Shown here in pieces: positions 29,232-38,704 of a stretch of 64,000 nucleotides of DNA. The position numbers and the translations under genes were made by a program. The notes beneath the pieces are model-generated. The model made no database searches. It was not told the origin of the DNA and saw only the letters and a list, made by a program, of their open reading frames with translations. Every line of letters starts with the position of its first letter. The stretch's first letter is position 1. This DNA is from Acidimicrobiia bacterium (lineage in GTDB: Bacteria; Actinomycetota; Acidimicrobiia; Spongiisociales; Spongiisociaceae), in assembly GCA_041576165.1 (NCBI GenBank), contig JBFGLM010000026.1:1-64000 (forward strand), in the 5' to 3' direction.

Positions 29232-29993
29232 TCAATCGAAAACGGGGCGCCGCTTCTCGATGAACGCGGTCATGTTCTCCTTGGCGGGCGGCAGTTGCGA
29301 TGTAGCAGCCATCACTTCGGTGGCGTAGTCGTAGGCCGCCCCCAGCTCGAGGTCGATGTGACGGTAAAAGGCGCGCTTACCGATCCCTTTGGCGAGTGGC
29401 GAGCCCCGGGTGGCACGACGCATCAGATCGCGGGTCGCGCCGACCAGCTGCTCGTCGGGCACCACTCGATTGACCAGACCCCAGTCGGCGGCGGTTCGGG
29501 CGTCGATCGGATCACCGGTGAGGAGCATTTCCAGCGCTCGCTTGCGGCCGACGGCGCGTGACAGCGCCACGCCGGGGGTAGTGCAGAACCAGCCGCCTTT
29601 GCCGCCCGGCACGGCGAAGGTGGCCGTCTCGGCCGCTGTCGCCATGTCGGCCGCAGCCACGAGCTGGCAGCCGGCGGCCACCGCCAAACCCTGCACCTGT
29701 GCGATGACGGGTTGGGGCATCTGGGGAATCCGTTGCATGACGACCGCGCATAGCTCGAGCAGGGCACGCATGCCTTCGAGATCCCGATCGACCATATCGC
29801 TGAAGTCGTGACCGGAGGAATACACCGGTCCTTCCGCGGCCAGGATCACCCCCCGGGCCTTGGATGCCTGTGCTTCGGCGAGCGCCGCGTCGAGTTCACG
29901 GAGATGAGCCTCCGACAGCGCGTTGCGCCGCTCGGCATGGTCCATCGTGATCACCGTGACATCGGTCTCGTGTTCAACGCGTATGTGGTCCAT
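29232..29993 (-). CDS. Enoyl-CoA hydratase/isomerase family protein
   Basis: RRNALS, SSGHD, AAGCQLVA, EMLLTG, FIEKRRP. Confidence 0.9.
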   Translation of the reverse strand: MDHIRVEHETDVTVITMDHAERRNALSEAHLRELDAALAEAQASKARGVILAAEGPVYSSGHDFSDMVDRDLEGMRALLELCAVVMQRIPQMPQPVIAQVQGLAVAAGCQLVAAADMATAAETATFAVPGGKGGWFCTTPGVALSRAVGRKRALEMLLTGDPIDARTAADWGLVNRVVPDEQLVGATRDLMRRATRGSPLAKGIGKRAFYRHIDLELGAAYDYATEVMAATSQLPPAKENMTAFIEKRRPVFD

Positions 29994-30061
29994 TCCTGCA
30001 GCGTAAACGAGATCCGATGCCGGCGAGGACCGGCTCCGTTCGCACTCAGCCAGATCGACGG

Positions 30062-30985
30062 TCATGTGGGCACGTTCGCCACCGAACCACGCCCGAACGC
30101 CTCGATCTTCTGTCGCAGCGACGCCGGGTCCAAGCCCCACGCCCGGTCGTGTTCGCTGGCCGTGCCGTAATGACGCAGCTCGCTCCGCCCTACGCCTATC
30201 GCCAGATAGCGCCGGGGCTGGTCGCCGGCGGCGCTGGCTATCGCGGCCAGCGAGGTCCCTTCGAGATATGGCTCCACGAGCACGACGTCGCCAGTTGAGC
30301 CTGCAGCCGCCCTGAGTCCGGAACGGTCGAGCGGTCGGACGGTTGCGGTGTACGCCACGTGCACGTCCAGGTCCCGGGTGGCTTCGTGTACCGGATCGAG
30401 CATCGGTCCGATCGCGACGACCAGCGGTGCCGCGGACGTGCCCCGGCGGAGGAGTTGGACACGCCCGCGGGTGAGGTGCGGATCCTTGTTGGTTTGTGCG
30501 GACAGCCGGATATAGACACGCTGATGGCCGGCCGCGGCGGTTCGCAATTGCGCTTCGACCTCGTCGGGGTGCCCTGGAACATGGATGTCCCAGTCCGGCA
30601 GGGTCGACACTGCAGCAACGTCGCCGGGCGCCATGTGCGTGCGTCCCCCAGCCGCATAGTCATGGCTGGCTCCGACCGAAACGAAGATTCCGCCGACGTC
30701 CTGGTGGGAGAAATCGAGTTTCAGCTGCTCGAACGGCCGCTCGACCAGAAAAGGCGCATAGCTGTGGACGATGGGACGGAATCCTTCCAGCGCCAGGCCG
30801 GCCGCCACCCCGACCATCGCTTGCTCGCGGATACCCACGTCGATCACTCGATCCGGATGGCGGGCCGTGAGACCGGCGTCATCGAACGCACCTTTGCCGA
30901 TGACGGCCAGCACCAAGGCCAGCTCGTCAAGTTGGTCGAGCAAATCAGCGGTGACGGTGGTAAAGCGCTCTCTCATCGTGTCCAT
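30062..30985 (-). CDS. Transketolase-like C-terminal (pyrimidine-binding) subunit
   Basis: DVGIREQAMVGVAAGLA, RPFEQLKLD, GRTH, VYIRL. Confidence 0.88.
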   Translation of the reverse strand: MDTMRERFTTVTADLLDQLDELALVLAVIGKGAFDDAGLTARHPDRVIDVGIREQAMVGVAAGLALEGFRPIVHSYAPFLVERPFEQLKLDFSHQDVGGIFVSVGASHDYAAGGRTHMAPGDVAAVSTLPDWDIHVPGHPDEVEAQLRTAAAGHQRVYIRLSAQTNKDPHLTRGRVQLLRRGTSAAPLVVAIGPMLDPVHEATRDLDVHVAYTATVRPLDRSGLRAAAGSTGDVVLVEPYLEGTSLAAIASAAGDQPRRYLAIGVGRSELRHYGTASEHDRAWGLDPASLRQKIEAFGRGSVANVPT

Positions 30986-30988
30986 CGT

Positions 30989-31678
30989 TCACCGTCTCCT
31001 CTCAACCAGCGCCACGACAACATGTGGGCGCCGACCCGTCGCAGCGTGTAGCCCCGCCTCGATGTCGTTGTGATCGCGGCCGTTCACCTCGACGGCACTC
31101 CATCCCTCGACCTCGAATCGGGTTCGGATACCGCCGGGCCAGCCGTGGGGGCCGGAGCCGTTGTCAATCACAAGCGCCGTGAGGTTGGAGGCCGCCAAGC
31201 GGGCGGCGATCGCGATCGCCTCGTGATTGCTTCCCTCGTGCAGCTCGGCATCACCGATGAGGCAGAAGACGCGAGCCGGATTGTTCCTGGCTCTCAATCC
31301 CACCGCTACGCCGAGGGCGATCGGAAGACCATGGCCCAGCGACCCGCTCGCCACCTCGACACCGGGGATCAAGTTCCGGTCCGGGTGCATCCCCAGGGGC
31401 GAATCGAACGTCGCCCAGTCGTCGAGCCACTCCACTGGAAAGAACCCCCGGGCGGCCAGCACGGCGTAATACGCCATCGGGCCGTGGCCCTTGGACAGGA
31501 GGAAGCGGTCCCTGGTCGGGTCATCCGGCCGGGCCGGGTCGACGTGGAGCACCCGGTCGTAGAGGGTCCACAGCACGTCGAGGGTGGAGGTGGCGGCGGT
31601 CGAATGTTTCTCATCGCCGGTCATGCGGCCGAGCAGGCCACGGAGATCTTCGTATGTGAACGTCGTAGCAGTTGGCAT
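30989..31678 (-). CDS. Transketolase-like N-terminal ThDP-binding subunit
   Basis: RDRFLLSKGHG, GSLGHG, GDAELHEG...N. Confidence 0.88.
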   Translation of the reverse strand: MPTATTFTYEDLRGLLGRMTGDEKHSTAATSTLDVLWTLYDRVLHVDPARPDDPTRDRFLLSKGHGPMAYYAVLAARGFFPVEWLDDWATFDSPLGMHPDRNLIPGVEVASGSLGHGLPIALGVAVGLRARNNPARVFCLIGDAELHEGSNHEAIAIAARLAASNLTALVIDNGSGPHGWPGGIRTRFEVEGWSAVEVNGRDHNDIEAGLHAATGRRPHVVVALVERRR

Positions 31679-31684
31679 GCGGCT

Positions 31685-31715
31685 ACGGTACGACTTCAAG
31701 TGAACTTGAAGTCAA
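31685..31715 (-). promoter_or_regulatory. SoxR box within a 19-bp-spacer MerR-type promoter
   Basis: Palindrome GACTTCAAG-TGAA-CTTGAAGTC (31692-31713); minus strand TTGACT-N19-TACCGT-N6-ATG. Confidence 0.9.
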
Positions 31716-31782
31716 GCGGTTCCGTTCTTCTAGCAGTCGGGGTATCCCGCGTCGGGCTTCGAGGCCGGAAAGGAGATGTCGG

Positions 31783-32241
31783 GTGGGTGGCGAAGGCTTG
31801 ACCATCGGCCAGGTCGCTGAGCGGACAGGTGTAGCAACGTCTGCCCTGCGGTTCTACGAATCCCGGGGGCTCATCGCCTCGGAGCGCACTTCGGGGAATC
31901 AGCGTCGTTATCCACGATCCGTCATTCGGTTGGTATCGGTTATTCGGGCGGCGCAGTCAGTCGGGCTCTCGCTGGAAGAAGTGGGATTGGCCCTCGAGTC
32001 GTTGCCAGACGGACGGGTTCCCAGCAAATCAGACTGGGAACGGATGTCGAGGGCCTGGCGCACCCGCCTCGACCAGCAGATTCGCGAGCTGGAAGCGCTG
32101 CGGGCCGATTTATCGAACTGCATCGGGTGTGGCTGCCTCTCGCTCAAGAGCTGTGCGCTCTACAACCCGGGTGACCGCGCGGCCGGAGCCGGTTCGGGAC
32201 CGAGATATCTGCTGGGAGATGAGCGCCCGGCCACCACCTGA
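31783..32241 (+). CDS. soxR: Redox-sensitive transcriptional activator SoxR
   Basis: LTIGQVAERTGVATSALRFYE, GNQRRY, CIGCGCLSLKSC. Confidence 0.95.
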   Translation: MGGEGLTIGQVAERTGVATSALRFYESRGLIASERTSGNQRRYPRSVIRLVSVIRAAQSVGLSLEEVGLALESLPDGRVPSKSDWERMSRAWRTRLDQQIRELEALRADLSNCIGCGCLSLKSCALYNPGDRAAGAGSGPRYLLGDERPATT

Positions 32242-32303
32242 CGCCCCCGGCGCACCGTTCAGCCACGAGCTCCCGTTTGCGCCGGTTGTGTAGTTTCGAG
32301 CGG

Positions 32304-33023
32304 ATGGAACAGGTCGCAGAGGGAATTCACCGGCTGGGCAGCCGTTTCCACAACTTCTACGTGGTCGTGGACCAGGGAGCTGCAACTGTGGTCGATGCCG
32401 GCTGTTCGAGGGAGTGGGCGGCGCTGGTCGACGGTCTGGGCCGGATAGACCTCGAACCGGGCGATGTGAAGGGGATCCTTCTCACGCATGCCCACGTTGA
32501 TCACATTGGCTTTGCGGCCGAGGCCTCCGGACACGGCTTGTTGGTTCACACCCACCCGATCGAGGCGCAGGCTGCGCGGGGTGAGCGGGCGAACCCGGCG
32601 GCTGGTCCCACCGATGTGCCGTGGTGGAATCCGTTTGTGTGGATGTTCTTCGTCACGATGCTGCGGGCCGGGGCCGGCAAGCTGACGCCGGTCCGCAACG
32701 TCGTTGAGGTAGACGACGGGGAGACGCTCGATCTCCCCGCAGCGCCGCGCCTCGTCCACACGCCGGGTCACACTCCGGGCCACGCTGCCTTCCATTTCCC
32801 GGCGCACAAGGCGGTGTTCACCGGGGATGCGCTGGTGACGATGCGGGTGACGGGCGGCCCCGGCGGGCCCCAGCTCATGCCGCCCGCGTTCAATGCTGAT
32901 CCCGCCCAGGCTACGGCGTCCCTCCAGCGCCTCAGATCGCTCGACGCCGAACTGTTGCTGCCCGGGCACGGGGCCCCGCACCGAGGCCCGATCAACGAAG
33001 CGGTGGCGGCCGCTATCAACTGA
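32304..33023 (+). CDS. MBL-fold metallo-hydrolase
   Basis: THAHVDH, PGHTPGH, FTGDAL, PGHG. Confidence 0.9.
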   Translation: MEQVAEGIHRLGSRFHNFYVVVDQGAATVVDAGCSREWAALVDGLGRIDLEPGDVKGILLTHAHVDHIGFAAEASGHGLLVHTHPIEAQAARGERANPAAGPTDVPWWNPFVWMFFVTMLRAGAGKLTPVRNVVEVDDGETLDLPAAPRLVHTPGHTPGHAAFHFPAHKAVFTGDALVTMRVTGGPGGPQLMPPAFNADPAQATASLQRLRSLDAELLLPGHGAPHRGPINEAVAAAIN

Positions 33024-33064
33024 CTGTGGCCGGCGTCACGGCCGTCGACGAGAATTGAAAGGGA

Positions 33065-33102
33065 TGACCCGGTCGGCCCTGGCGGGTGCTCCTTTCGGCC
33101 CT
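33065..33102. promoter_or_regulatory. Possible tandem DosR/OsdR-type sites upstream of usp
   Basis: Two 16-mers ending TCGGCCCT, 22 bp apart, resembling AGGGCCGATCGGCCCT. Confidence 0.35.
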
Positions 33103-33153
33103 AGCCGGAGATGCCGGACACCATCCACGATGAGAGTAGGAAAGGAGAGCCGG

Positions 33154-33609
33154 ATGACCACGATTATCGTCGGAATCGACGGGTCCGACGGGGGACAACG
33201 AGCGCTCGAATGGGCGGTTGAGGAAGCCAAGCTGCGCAATGCTCGTGTCCACGTCGTGCACGCGTACCGCACCGAGTGGGTCTACTACCCGGAGTATGCA
33301 GCGGTGCGCACAATCGTGAGCCCGACTGACCTGGCCGGAGAGGCCAAGCTCCTGGTTGACCGGGCGATCGAGCAACTCGGCGAAGACAGGGCCGAGGTTT
33401 CGATCACCACCGAGGTGGTCAACGACCCCAATGCCGCCCATGCGCTGCTGGAGCGACTGGAAGATCCAGAACTGGACATCGGTCTGGTGGTGATCGGCAG
33501 TCGCGGGTTGGGCGGCTTCAGCGGCCTCCTCCTCGGCTCGGTGAGCCAGAAGGTGGCGCATCACGCCCACGTGCCGGTCGTGATCGTTCCACCGCCCAAC
33601 AAGGGCTGA
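33154..33609 (+). CDS. Universal stress protein
   Basis: IIVGIDGS, GSRGLGGFSGLLLGSVS; AAGGAG RBS. Confidence 0.93.
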   Translation: MTTIIVGIDGSDGGQRALEWAVEEAKLRNARVHVVHAYRTEWVYYPEYAAVRTIVSPTDLAGEAKLLVDRAIEQLGEDRAEVSITTEVVNDPNAAHALLERLEDPELDIGLVVIGSRGLGGFSGLLLGSVSQKVAHHAHVPVVIVPPPNKG

Positions 33610-33839
33610 CAGCGAGCTCAGCCGGGCCGCACGAAAACGATCCGGACAGGTCGCCTGAACGGCGCATGTCCGGAAAAGACTGCCAGCGCGCTACGCTGAA
33701 GTTTGTCCGAGCCGCGGCCGACACACAACCCGGCCCCCTGCGCCAATCACACTTCGTTTTTTCGCCAGGTCCAGGTGCACGGACGCACGAAGACGCAACC
33801 ATGCCATCCCCCGCAGGGGCGGGGTTACAGGAGACCAGA

Positions 33840-35048
33840 TTGACCACCACGACCTTTGCCGATCTCGGCCTGCCGAGCTCGCTCGTCGACACGCTCGCCC
33901 AGCAAGGCATCACCGAGCCGTTTCCCATCCAACGCGCCTCGATACCGGATGCCCTCGACGGAAGAGACATATGCGGGAGGGCCCCGACTGGATCGGGCAA
34001 GACCCTGGCGTTCGGACTCCCGATGCTCAGCACCCTGCCAAAGGCGGACGCCGGCCGGCCACGCGCCATGGTGCTGGCTCCGACTCGCGAACTCGCCGAG
34101 CAGATCTACGTGGTTCTGGCACACCTGGCGGAACGCGTAGACCGCTCGGTAGCCCCCATCTACGGTGGCACCTCATATGGCCCGCAGCGTAAGGCACTGG
34201 CCAAGGGCGTCGACATCGTCGTTGCGACCCCGGGCCGCCTCGGCGATCTCATCGACGAGGGAGACGTCGACCTCAGCGCGATCAACGTGGTCGTGATCGA
34301 CGAGGCCGACCGCATGGCCGACATGGGTTTTCTCCCGATCGTCAAATGGCTCGTCAACCAGACACCGACGGATCGCCAAACGTTGTTGTTTTCGGCCACC
34401 CTCGACGGAGACGTGGCCGTCCTTTCGCATCATTACCAGGTCAATCCGGCTCGGCACGAGGTGAATGGAGTCGACGACGAAGTGGCGACGGAGGCCCGCC
34501 ATTTCTTCTGGAAGGTGGGTCATACCGAGCGGACTTCGCGCACAATCGATGTGATCAACACGGCAAGTCCCGCGATCGTCTTCTGTGAAACACGCGCAAG
34601 CGCCGACCGGCTGGCCAAACAACTCCGGAACCTGGGCGTCAAGGTCGAGGCGATCCATGGCGGTCGACCGCAGTCGCATCGCAACCGGGCCATGGACCGG
34701 TTTGCGTCGGGCAAGGTCGATGCGCTGGTTGCCACCGACGTGGCTGCACGCGGCATCCACCTGGACAGCGTGGCCGGCGTGGTCCACTACGACCCGCCCC
34801 AGGACCACAAAGTCTATGTGCATCGGTCGGGACGGACTGCTCGGGCCGGTGGAAGCGGTATCGTCGTGTCGCTAGTCCGTCCGGACCAAGAGCTTGCCAT
34901 CCGCAGCATCCAGCGCGAGTTGGGCATCGACCCGTCCATCGACAAGCCGACGCCGGACGATCTGGCGGCCGGCGGTACCACGTTGCCTGCACCTTCCGTA
35001 CGGGAACGCACCCGGAAGCGCAAGAAGAGGCGGCGCCGCCTGCTTTAG
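33840..35048 (+). CDS. DEAD-box RNA helicase
   Basis: PTGSGKT, PTRELA, TPGR, DEAD, SAT, HRSGRTAR; TTG start after GGAG. Confidence 0.94.
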   Translation: MTTTTFADLGLPSSLVDTLAQQGITEPFPIQRASIPDALDGRDICGRAPTGSGKTLAFGLPMLSTLPKADAGRPRAMVLAPTRELAEQIYVVLAHLAERVDRSVAPIYGGTSYGPQRKALAKGVDIVVATPGRLGDLIDEGDVDLSAINVVVIDEADRMADMGFLPIVKWLVNQTPTDRQTLLFSATLDGDVAVLSHHYQVNPARHEVNGVDDEVATEARHFFWKVGHTERTSRTIDVINTASPAIVFCETRASADRLAKQLRNLGVKVEAIHGGRPQSHRNRAMDRFASGKVDALVATDVAARGIHLDSVAGVVHYDPPQDHKVYVHRSGRTARAGGSGIVVSLVRPDQELAIRSIQRELGIDPSIDKPTPDDLAAGGTTLPAPSVRERTRKRKKRRRRLL

Positions 35049-35252
35049 CCCGGCTCTTCTCAGGCCCCCAGCCGGGAGACCTTGGCGTAGACGGTGAAAG
35101 TCAGCAACGCCGCGTCGAGGATCCCGAACGACCGGAGCTAAACCGCGGCAGCTGCCACCCGTTCCGAGTCGGCCTCGTGGAAAGCATCCCCAGCGCCTGC
35201 ACGGTCCTCCTGCCTTGGGCCGCACACTACTCCGCCGAGCGATACTGGGGCC

Positions 35253-35795
35253 GTGGGCGAACCTCTCAGTCCGGGCAACCACATCATCGTGCAGCGCACG
35301 GCGGCCGGTGACGACGCCTTGTCCTGGCTGCGGCATGGATTGCGGCTGGCGGTGGGATTGGCCGGGCTGGGTCTCGTGTCGTGGCGGTATGGATTCACGG
35401 CGGCGGGGGCCGTGATCGCGGCGGGGGTAGTGGCGTTTCTGGTTCTGCCATCGACGCGGAAGAGGATGGCGAACGGCGTGGCTGCCCGCAGGGACGGCCG
35501 CTGGGTGAGCCCTCCGGTATCGATCGGCCAGGACCGGCCGGTCCTGCTCACCATCGACCATGACGGCCTGGCGGTGCTGGACGGTGACACCTACCGGCCA
35601 GAAACTCGAGAGCTGGTCGCGTGCCCGTGGGCGGCGATCGAGCAGGTACAGCTGGCTGGCCAGCCGGGAAGGCCTGAGCGAGTGCGGGTGCTGGGAGCGG
35701 GGGTCGATGTGGAGCTGGCGGGACCGTTTCCCGGCACCGTGCTGGACGAGCTCGCTCGCTTTGGTGTCGCAATTCCGGAATCATCTGAGTCCTGA
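35253..35795 (+). CDS. Hypothetical membrane protein
   Basis: Two TM segments followed by a small beta-rich (PH-like) tail. Confidence 0.6.
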   Translation: MGEPLSPGNHIIVQRTAAGDDALSWLRHGLRLAVGLAGLGLVSWRYGFTAAGAVIAAGVVAFLVLPSTRKRMANGVAARRDGRWVSPPVSIGQDRPVLLTIDHDGLAVLDGDTYRPETRELVACPWAAIEQVQLAGQPGRPERVRVLGAGVDVELAGPFPGTVLDELARFGVAIPESSES

Positions 35796-35806
35796 CGCGC
35801 GCCCGG

Positions 35807-36598
35807 CTACTCCAGTGCCCGCCGGGTTGCACCGCTCGGTTCAACCGATTCCGGCAGCCGAATGGGCGTGATTGAAATGACCCCGTCCCGGGCGGCCGCA
35901 ACGTCCGTCCCGTCGAGGCCTCCGAACTCTCGTATTCCGCCGCCGAAATCGTGCACGAACGTCCCGTTGCCGACGCCGCGAAAGAGGCGGTCGTAGCCAA
36001 CCCGGGCGAGAGTTGTGATCTCGCGAGCAGTATCGGATTCGGACTCGAACGGCAAGTTGACCGAAACCAAATCCGCTTCGTTGAAGATACCCGAGCCGAC
36101 CAGCTGATCTGTCAGGTCCGCGCACATGTCGCCCAGACGCTCCCATTCTGGCCGGGCGGCGTCAGACGCCACCCAGGCTTGCCAGGATTTCCAGTCCGGC
36201 GCCGCGCTGCCGGTCGAGAAGGCCACGGCCGGCAGACCGGATACCCACCCCTCGATAGCGGCGCCGACGGTGCCCGACGACATCAAGAAGCCGACACCGT
36301 GGTTGTAGCCAAGGTTGATGCCAGAGACCACCAGGTCCGGTCCGCCGTCGAAGATCCCGTCGATGCCCAGTTGTACGGCATCTGCCGGGTACCCGGAACA
36401 GGCCTTGATCGCTACGCCGTCCCTCGTAGCGTCGCGCACAGTCAGCGGCTCGAAACGGGTGATGGCTTTGCCCACCCAGGATCGTTCCCGATCGGGTGCA
36501 ACGACGCGCACCTCGCGACGTCTGGAGAGTGCACGGGCGAAGATCGGTAACGCGGGGCTGTCAATGCCGTCGTCATTGGTCAGGAGCGTCCAGGGCAC
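35807..36598 (-). CDS. surE: 5'/3'-nucleotidase SurE
   Basis: LLTNDDG, VVAP, PADAV, VSGINLG.N, SGTVGAA.EG, ISITP. Confidence 0.92.
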   Translation of the reverse strand: MPWTLLTNDDGIDSPALPIFARALSRRREVRVVAPDRERSWVGKAITRFEPLTVRDATRDGVAIKACSGYPADAVQLGIDGIFDGGPDLVVSGINLGYNHGVGFLMSSGTVGAAIEGWVSGLPAVAFSTGSAAPDWKSWQAWVASDAARPEWERLGDMCADLTDQLVGSGIFNEADLVSVNLPFESESDTAREITTLARVGYDRLFRGVGNGTFVHDFGGGIREFGGLDGTDVAAARDGVISITPIRLPESVEPSGATRRALE

Positions 36599-36607
36599 CG
36601 GCCGACG

Positions 36608-38590
36608 TTAGGCCTCGTCTGCGTGGTGACCAAGACCGGCCGCGCCGATTACGGCGAGCTCATCCAAGACCCGCCGTCGGTCCGTAGTGCGGCGGAATGG
36701 GGGCAACGTGCGGATTATGTGCAGTCCGTAACGCTTCGACACCAGACGACGGTCCAGCACCGCTACCACCCCCCGGTCCCGCTCGTGCCGTATGAGCCGG
36801 CCGGCTCCCTGGCAGAGCAGCATGGCTGCCCGGGGCAGATCCACCATTTCGAATGCGGAAAGTCCCTTTGCCTCCGCCGCCTCCCGCCGGGCCTGGTGTA
36901 GTGGATCATCCGGTCGCGCAAATGGAATCTTGTCGAGAATCACGAGCGACAGCGCCGGCCCGGGAACGTCGATACCCTCCCAGAACCCCATCGTGGCAAT
37001 CAACACCGACGTCTCGTCCTCCGCAAACGTGTCCAGCAGCGCCTTCTTGGGCAGCTCGTTCTGCACGAGCACCCGATAGGCCTTCGCCCCCGACAGATGG
37101 TCGGCGAAGCGTCCCATCGCGGCAAAGCTCGTGGTGAGCACCAACGCCCGGCCGCAGGCCGCGTCCACCAGTGCCTCGACCTCACGCTCGGCATCATCGA
37201 TGTACAGCTCGTCTCGGGGATCAGGCAGGTGGGCGGCAATGTAGAGCAATCCTTGGCGTCCGTAGTCGAACGATCCCTCAACCGCCAACGCTCGAAAGGT
37301 CCGGGAGATTTCAGCATCGTCGGGTACGACCGGGTCGTCGTCTAGCGGTTCAGCCGTGTACCCGAGCCGGGATGCGATTGAGTCGAACCTGCCCCCGACG
37401 GTGAGCGTGGCACTTGTGAGCACGGTCGGGACCCGAGTCAAGAGCCCAGCCGCCAGGGAGGTCGAGACCTCTACTGGAGCGACCCGGATAGCCGGCCGGT
37501 GCGGCTCCGCCCAGGCCACGTGGCCGTCCGGGAGCCGGAATGCCTGGTCGATGTCACCGCTGAGGTGGCCTAGCTGAATCTGAACGCGGCTGAGCGGTCC
37601 CACCTCTGGAGCGGTGTCGCCGTCCGGCGTGATCAGTGCCTTTCCCACCAGATCGGCTGCCCGGCGTGCGCTGCGCAATGCGCCTCCGAGCGCGCCGTCG
37701 CCGGGTTGGAGGCGGTCCGGGTTGAGCCCAGCCGCCTGTCGGCGGAACTCCTCTGCGGCGTCGCGAAGCTTGCCAATCGGATCGCTACTCCGCTTCTTCG
37801 GATCGACCAGGCGCTGCGCGTTGTTAGCGAGAGCATGGAACCGGCCCGGGGTCAGCTCTACCCCAAACGCATTGGACAGGGCATCTTCGAGCCGGTGTGC
37901 CTCGTCGAATATCACCAAGTCGCGTTCCGGCAAGATGTTCGCGCCCGAGGCAACGTGCAGTCCGTAGAGGTGGTGGTTGGTCACGATGACGTCGGCTTCG
38001 GCGGCCCGGTCGTGGGCCGCTTCTGCGAAACACACCGTGCCTTGCGGGCAGCGAGCACGCCCCGGGCATTCCATCCCCGACACCGAGATCGTCCGCCAGA
38101 CCAAATCGTCAACCGCTTCCGCCAGATCATCCCGATCTCCGGTGGGATGCCCCCGGGCCCAGTCCACCACCGTCAACAGGGCGTCAGCATCGTCATCCGA
38201 GAAGAGAAGGCCTTCCCCCGCCAGATCAGGCCCGAACCGCTCGGCCAGCTTCGCCATACACGCGTAGGACTGCCGCCCTTTGAGCACCGCATAGGTGAAC
38301 GGCATTTCGAGGTAGCTCTGCAAGAACGGCAGGTCCTGTTCTGCCAGCTGGTTCTGCAGATTCTTGGTGGCGGTGGCGATCACGACCCGGGCGCGCGATG
38401 ACAGCGCCGGCGCCAGGTAGGCCAAAGACTTGCCGGTGCCGGTGCCGGCCTCCACGAGGAGGTGCGTGCGGTCCTCGATGGCGCGAGCGACGGCCCGGGC
38501 CATCCGCTCCTGCCCCGTCCGGGCGAGGGCTCCCGGCTTGTGTGCAAGCACCGAACGAAGGGCGCCAACCGCAGTCTCCTCGAGGGACAT
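36608..38590 (-). CDS. dinG: DinG/YoaA family ATP-dependent DNA helicase
   Basis: EAGTGTGKS, Fe-S cysteines, DEAH, TSATL, FWEGIDVPG, QGAGRLIR. Confidence 0.92.
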   Translation of the reverse strand: MSLEETAVGALRSVLAHKPGALARTGQERMARAVARAIEDRTHLLVEAGTGTGKSLAYLAPALSSRARVVIATATKNLQNQLAEQDLPFLQSYLEMPFTYAVLKGRQSYACMAKLAERFGPDLAGEGLLFSDDDADALLTVVDWARGHPTGDRDDLAEAVDDLVWRTISVSGMECPGRARCPQGTVCFAEAAHDRAAEADVIVTNHHLYGLHVASGANILPERDLVIFDEAHRLEDALSNAFGVELTPGRFHALANNAQRLVDPKKRSSDPIGKLRDAAEEFRRQAAGLNPDRLQPGDGALGGALRSARRAADLVGKALITPDGDTAPEVGPLSRVQIQLGHLSGDIDQAFRLPDGHVAWAEPHRPAIRVAPVEVSTSLAAGLLTRVPTVLTSATLTVGGRFDSIASRLGYTAEPLDDDPVVPDDAEISRTFRALAVEGSFDYGRQGLLYIAAHLPDPRDELYIDDAEREVEALVDAACGRALVLTTSFAAMGRFADHLSGAKAYRVLVQNELPKKALLDTFAEDETSVLIATMGFWEGIDVPGPALSLVILDKIPFARPDDPLHQARREAAEAKGLSAFEMVDLPRAAMLLCQGAGRLIRHERDRGVVAVLDRRLVSKRYGLHIIRTLPPFRRTTDRRRVLDELAVIGAAGLGHHADEA

Positions 38591-38704
38591 GGCGGCGAGT
38601 GTACGGGCAGTTGAGCGTCAGCCGGCCCGGCTCCCGCGCCCGAATCGGCCGCACCCGACTTGAAAGCGGTCCACAATGTCACGGCCGGAAGGCATGATTG
38701 TGGG

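Noticed and set aside
35060-35140. Minus-strand hydrophobic fragment SFGILDAALLTFTVYAKVSRLGA
   Set aside because: Preceded by an in-frame stop and has no start; too short to call.
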